From NCBI GenBank assembly GCA_951406725.2, contig OX597837.1, positions 30,442,001 through 30,506,000 on the forward strand: DNA of 64,000 nt. The letters run 5' to 3'. Below are positions 60,700-64,000 of this stretch, piece by piece. Positions within the stretch are counted from its first letter, which is position 1; each line of letters starts with the position of its first letter. The translations under genes were made by a program, and so were the position numbers. The stretch is from Octopus vulgaris (lineage: Eukaryota). Below the pieces are notes generated by a model, which made no database searches, was not told the DNA's origin, and worked only from the letters and a program-made list of their open reading frames with translations.

Positions 60700-61260
60700 A
60701 AGAAAACCCTCAAAAAACAGGATAGCCGACCCCCACGAGCCCTGTTATTTTAACTGAAACCTTTTGGCAAGTGATCATGGCGTGTTCATGCAAGGTCTTT
60801 CACACTTAGCATCCGTGCAAGACGCATCCATCTTTTTTTGAATACGGACTCTGACAGACACATTTTCTCTAACCCCATCTTCCTTTTCAGATGGAACTTG
60901 AAAAAAGTTCGTAAGGCGGTGCCAGAGATCATGTTGTCTGTCATTATACCTTTCACTCTAGTCTTCCATATGGCCCCTTTCGAAACTGGTGCTATCACGA
61001 AAAAGCAGTGCTTACCTTCTTCGTTCGTCATGAAACCAGGCGGGTCAATTTTTGAAGATTGACTCAGACGACAGCTGTACTCTTCCTCCGTCCGACAACA
61101 GGTTGACTCAGACGACAGCTGTACTCTTCTTCCGTCCGACAGCAGGGGTTCAGCATAAGCCCACACGTCCGAACCGAAATATCCGGACACTGAACAATAG
61201 CGTGCAGGACTGCTTCCACATCCCGCCCGCGTCTTGCACAGACCGATGGTCGACTGTGAC
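60700..61260 (-). mobile_element. L1/Tx1-like LINE 3' fragment
   Basis: Degenerate zinc knuckle CARxxxxxEAVLHAIVQC, then IWKTR..FKKRW. Confidence 0.55.
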
Positions 61261-61833
61261 ACGCGCGCACACACACGCGCACACACACACACACGCACAC
61301 ACACACACACATTCACGGACTCGGTTGTTGCGGGGTGGACGGTTAAAAATTTAAGTTACATTTTTGTTGTTGTTACTTAAAATCACACATCTTTTTGTCT
61401 GAAAATTATTTTCAGAAACAAATCGGCCTGCCATATTTTAAAACTATAATTTATAAAAATTTCGAAAAGCAGCCGACATTTTTGGATTTATGGAATGGCG
61501 GGCAGAGTTAATGGAAACTTTTTTTAAATTTCACTGTTGTTTTTAAATGGTCACTAATTTCCAAAAATTTTTGAACAAAAATTGTTTTTTGTTAAACCAT
61601 CAATTTTTTCAATCTTTTCAATTTGGCCAAAAGACGATACTGAGTGGGGAAGGAGAGGGTTGGAAAAAATTCCTAAATTCTCAAATTTTCAGATTTTCTT
61701 TTTTTGCTTTTATTTTTTTTTTTTACCGCAAGGCGTCTCTCATTGCTCTTAAGTGAAGAATGCAGAAAAATATTGGACAGAATCGGTGGGGAAGAATGTG
61801 GAAGGAGGGGGAATTCGTAAATTTTCAAAAATA

Positions 61834-62131
61834 TCTTTATATATAAAAGAGAAGTTGTGTGTCTGTCTCCTACGATTTAGATTCCTAACTACTCCCACAT
61901 TTTGCGGTGCAGTTTAACCAAAACCGGGTATCTTATAGTCGTGATTCATATCGAGCCCTTCTGGGTATTAGCGCGCGTCTACGATGAGTCTACGATTTAA
62001 AAAAAAAATTTACCATCATTTTTTTCCATTATTAATGCATTTTTTTCTTATTTTTTTGGCTATAACTCTCTAAAAATGCTTATATAGTTACTTCCCTTAC
62101 AAACCCGAGCAACGCCGGGCGATACTGCTAG
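61834..62131 (+). mobile_element. Non-autonomous Helitron
   Basis: TC ... hairpin-CTAG|T. Confidence 0.8.
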
Positions 62132-62303
62132 TTTTTTCATAAAAATTTTCCCCTTCATCATCATTTGCAAGGCTGCGGTGAAAACAAAATTTTTAAAATC
62201 TCCACCAAATCGGAGAAAATCCAACTTACGTGGGTGTTCTATTCCGAAAGTCCACCAAGGCATTCTATTGTGAAAATTACCCAGTCACGACGGGGTACTC
62301 AAC

Positions 62304-62362
<59 letters not shown>

Positions 62363-62479
62363 CGTATGTACGTACGTACACACACACATAAAATTATAAT
62401 AAGGGTGTTGAATGATTACAACATCAGTCTGCTAGAAATAGACCCCAAATGGTCTATGAACCACTTAGATTATTATATA

Positions 62480-62849
62480 CTAGCAGTATCGCCCGGCGTT
62501 GCTCGGGTTTGTAAGGGAAATAACTATATAAGCACTTTTAGAGAGTTATAGCCAAAAAATAGCAAAAAAATGCATTAAAAATGGAAAAAAATGATGGTAG
62601 ACATTTTTAGAGAGTTACTTCCCTTATATAATAGCGAAAAAATGCATTAGAATGGGAAAAAAAATGATGGTATTTTTTTTTTTTAAATCGTAGACTCATC
62701 GTAGACGCGTGCTAATACCCAGAAGGGCTCGATATGAATCCCGACTATAAGATACCCGGTTTTGGTTAAACTGCACTGCAAAATGTGGGAGTAGTTAGGA
62801 ATCTAAATCGTAGGAGACAGACACACAACTTCTCTTTTATATATAAAGA
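62480..62849 (-). mobile_element. Non-autonomous Helitron
   Basis: TC ... hairpin-CTAG on the minus strand. Confidence 0.8.
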
Positions 62850-63189
62850 TGTATATTGTTGGTTATTCCTTCTCAAGCCATGCCTGGCTCATAAAGGCCA
62901 CATTCCCGGTTTCCTTGGCGTATAGGTTCCCCACCTGGAATTGACCCCACTACCTCAGGATTGTGAACCTGATGATGTGAGTGTCCTTCAAAGGTATTAG
63001 GGTAAACATACATTCAAGGGCTGCTAGTTTATAAAAGGTTTGATGCATTAATATGCACACACACACACAAGATTGTAACAAGACTCTGTAGGACATTAAA
63101 AGGACAATAATATGATGGAAGTGATACAAACAACACCAGTCACCATCACATCTTAATTTTCTTTTACATGTCTTCTCTTTCCAATTTAG

Positions 63190-63259
63190 AAAACCCAGCA
63201 TGTGAAACCACTACCTCTACACCCAGCGACATCATCACCTCCACAGCCTCCTTCACAAT
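63190..63259 (+). CDS. TNF-like gene D, exon 2 (KTQHVKPLPLHPATSSPPQPPSQ); gene continues beyond window
   Basis: tttag acceptor after the conserved paralogous intron block, caat|gtaagt donor, 70 nt, phase 0 to 1, VKP.P shared with gene A exon 2. Confidence 0.75.
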
Positions 63260-63355
63260 GTAAGTATATACATGGTGTGATGGGTAAATTATTTGATTTT
63301 GATTTCGTCAACTACACTGTATAGCAGGTCAGTTGAGAACTGACCTTGTGTGGTA

Positions 63356-63775
63356 AAGGCGGCGAGCTGGCAAAATCGTTAGTGCGCCTGGCGAAATGCT
63401 TAGCGGTATTTCGTCTGCCACTACATTCTGAATTTCAAATTCCACCGAAGTCGACTTTGCCTTTCATCCTTTTGGGGTCGATAAATAAAGTACCAGTTAC
63501 GCACTGGGGTCGATATAATCGACTTAATCCGTCTGTCTGTCCTTGTTTGTTCCCTCTGTGTTTAGCCCCTTGTGGGTAGTAAAGAAATAGGTATTTCGTC
63601 TGCCGCTATGCTCTGAGTTCAAATTCCGCCGAGGTCGACTTTGCCTTTCATCCTTTTGGGGTCGATAAATTAAGTACCAGTTACGCACTGGGGTCGATAT
63701 AATCGACTTAATCCGTCTGTCTGTCCTTGTTTGTCCCCTCTGTGTTTAGCCCCTTGTGGGTAGTAAAGAAATAGG
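63356..63775 (+). mobile_element. SINE family B (dimeric)
   Basis: Family match with a duplicated 3' portion. Confidence 0.75.
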
Positions 63776-64000
63776 TCAGTTGGGAACTGCCTGTGAGAAA
63801 ACAGTACCATGACACAATTCAATCTGCCAGAAATTTGGAAATGACATGCTGTATAGCTTGGCATTCATGCTGGAAGCTCCAATACGAACAGATGGTGAAC
63901 ACACAGAGCAACTGTTGGCTTGCTGTATCCCCAAAAATGTGTACCGAGAGTGATAAAAGTCAAACATCCAGTCAACAACATGGTGTTTGGAGTGATCACT

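Overview
Repeat-rich, AT-rich eukaryotic DNA. The (AT)n/(CA)n/(TACA)n microsatellite load and SINE families suggest a coleoid cephalopod, probably Octopus (inference). Most ORFs in the supplied track are microsatellite or transposon artefacts. The real gene content is a + strand tandem array of four paralogous, divergent TNF-superfamily-like type II membrane ligand genes, which I rebuilt by hand from splice sites. The shared layout is exon 1 (acidic cytoplasmic tail + CTxQWC + transmembrane helix), a 28-70 nt Pro-rich micro-exon 2, a 48 nt micro-exon 3 (first beta strand) and a ~370-390 nt exon 4 (rest of the TNF homology domain). Copy A lacks exon 1 in this window. Copy B has no detectable exon 1 and an inverted upstream block. 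Copy C has a frameshifted exon 1. Copy D runs off the 3' end. Intronic blocks are far more similar between paralogs than the ligand domains are. The genes sit among Penelope-like element relics with hammerhead-ribozyme motifs (two of them at the ends of a ~3 kb palindrome), R4/Dong-like LINEs inserted in (TAA)n, RTE/CR1/Tx1-like LINE fragments, a mariner relic, Helitrons, MITEs, many SINEs and several local inverted or tandem duplications.
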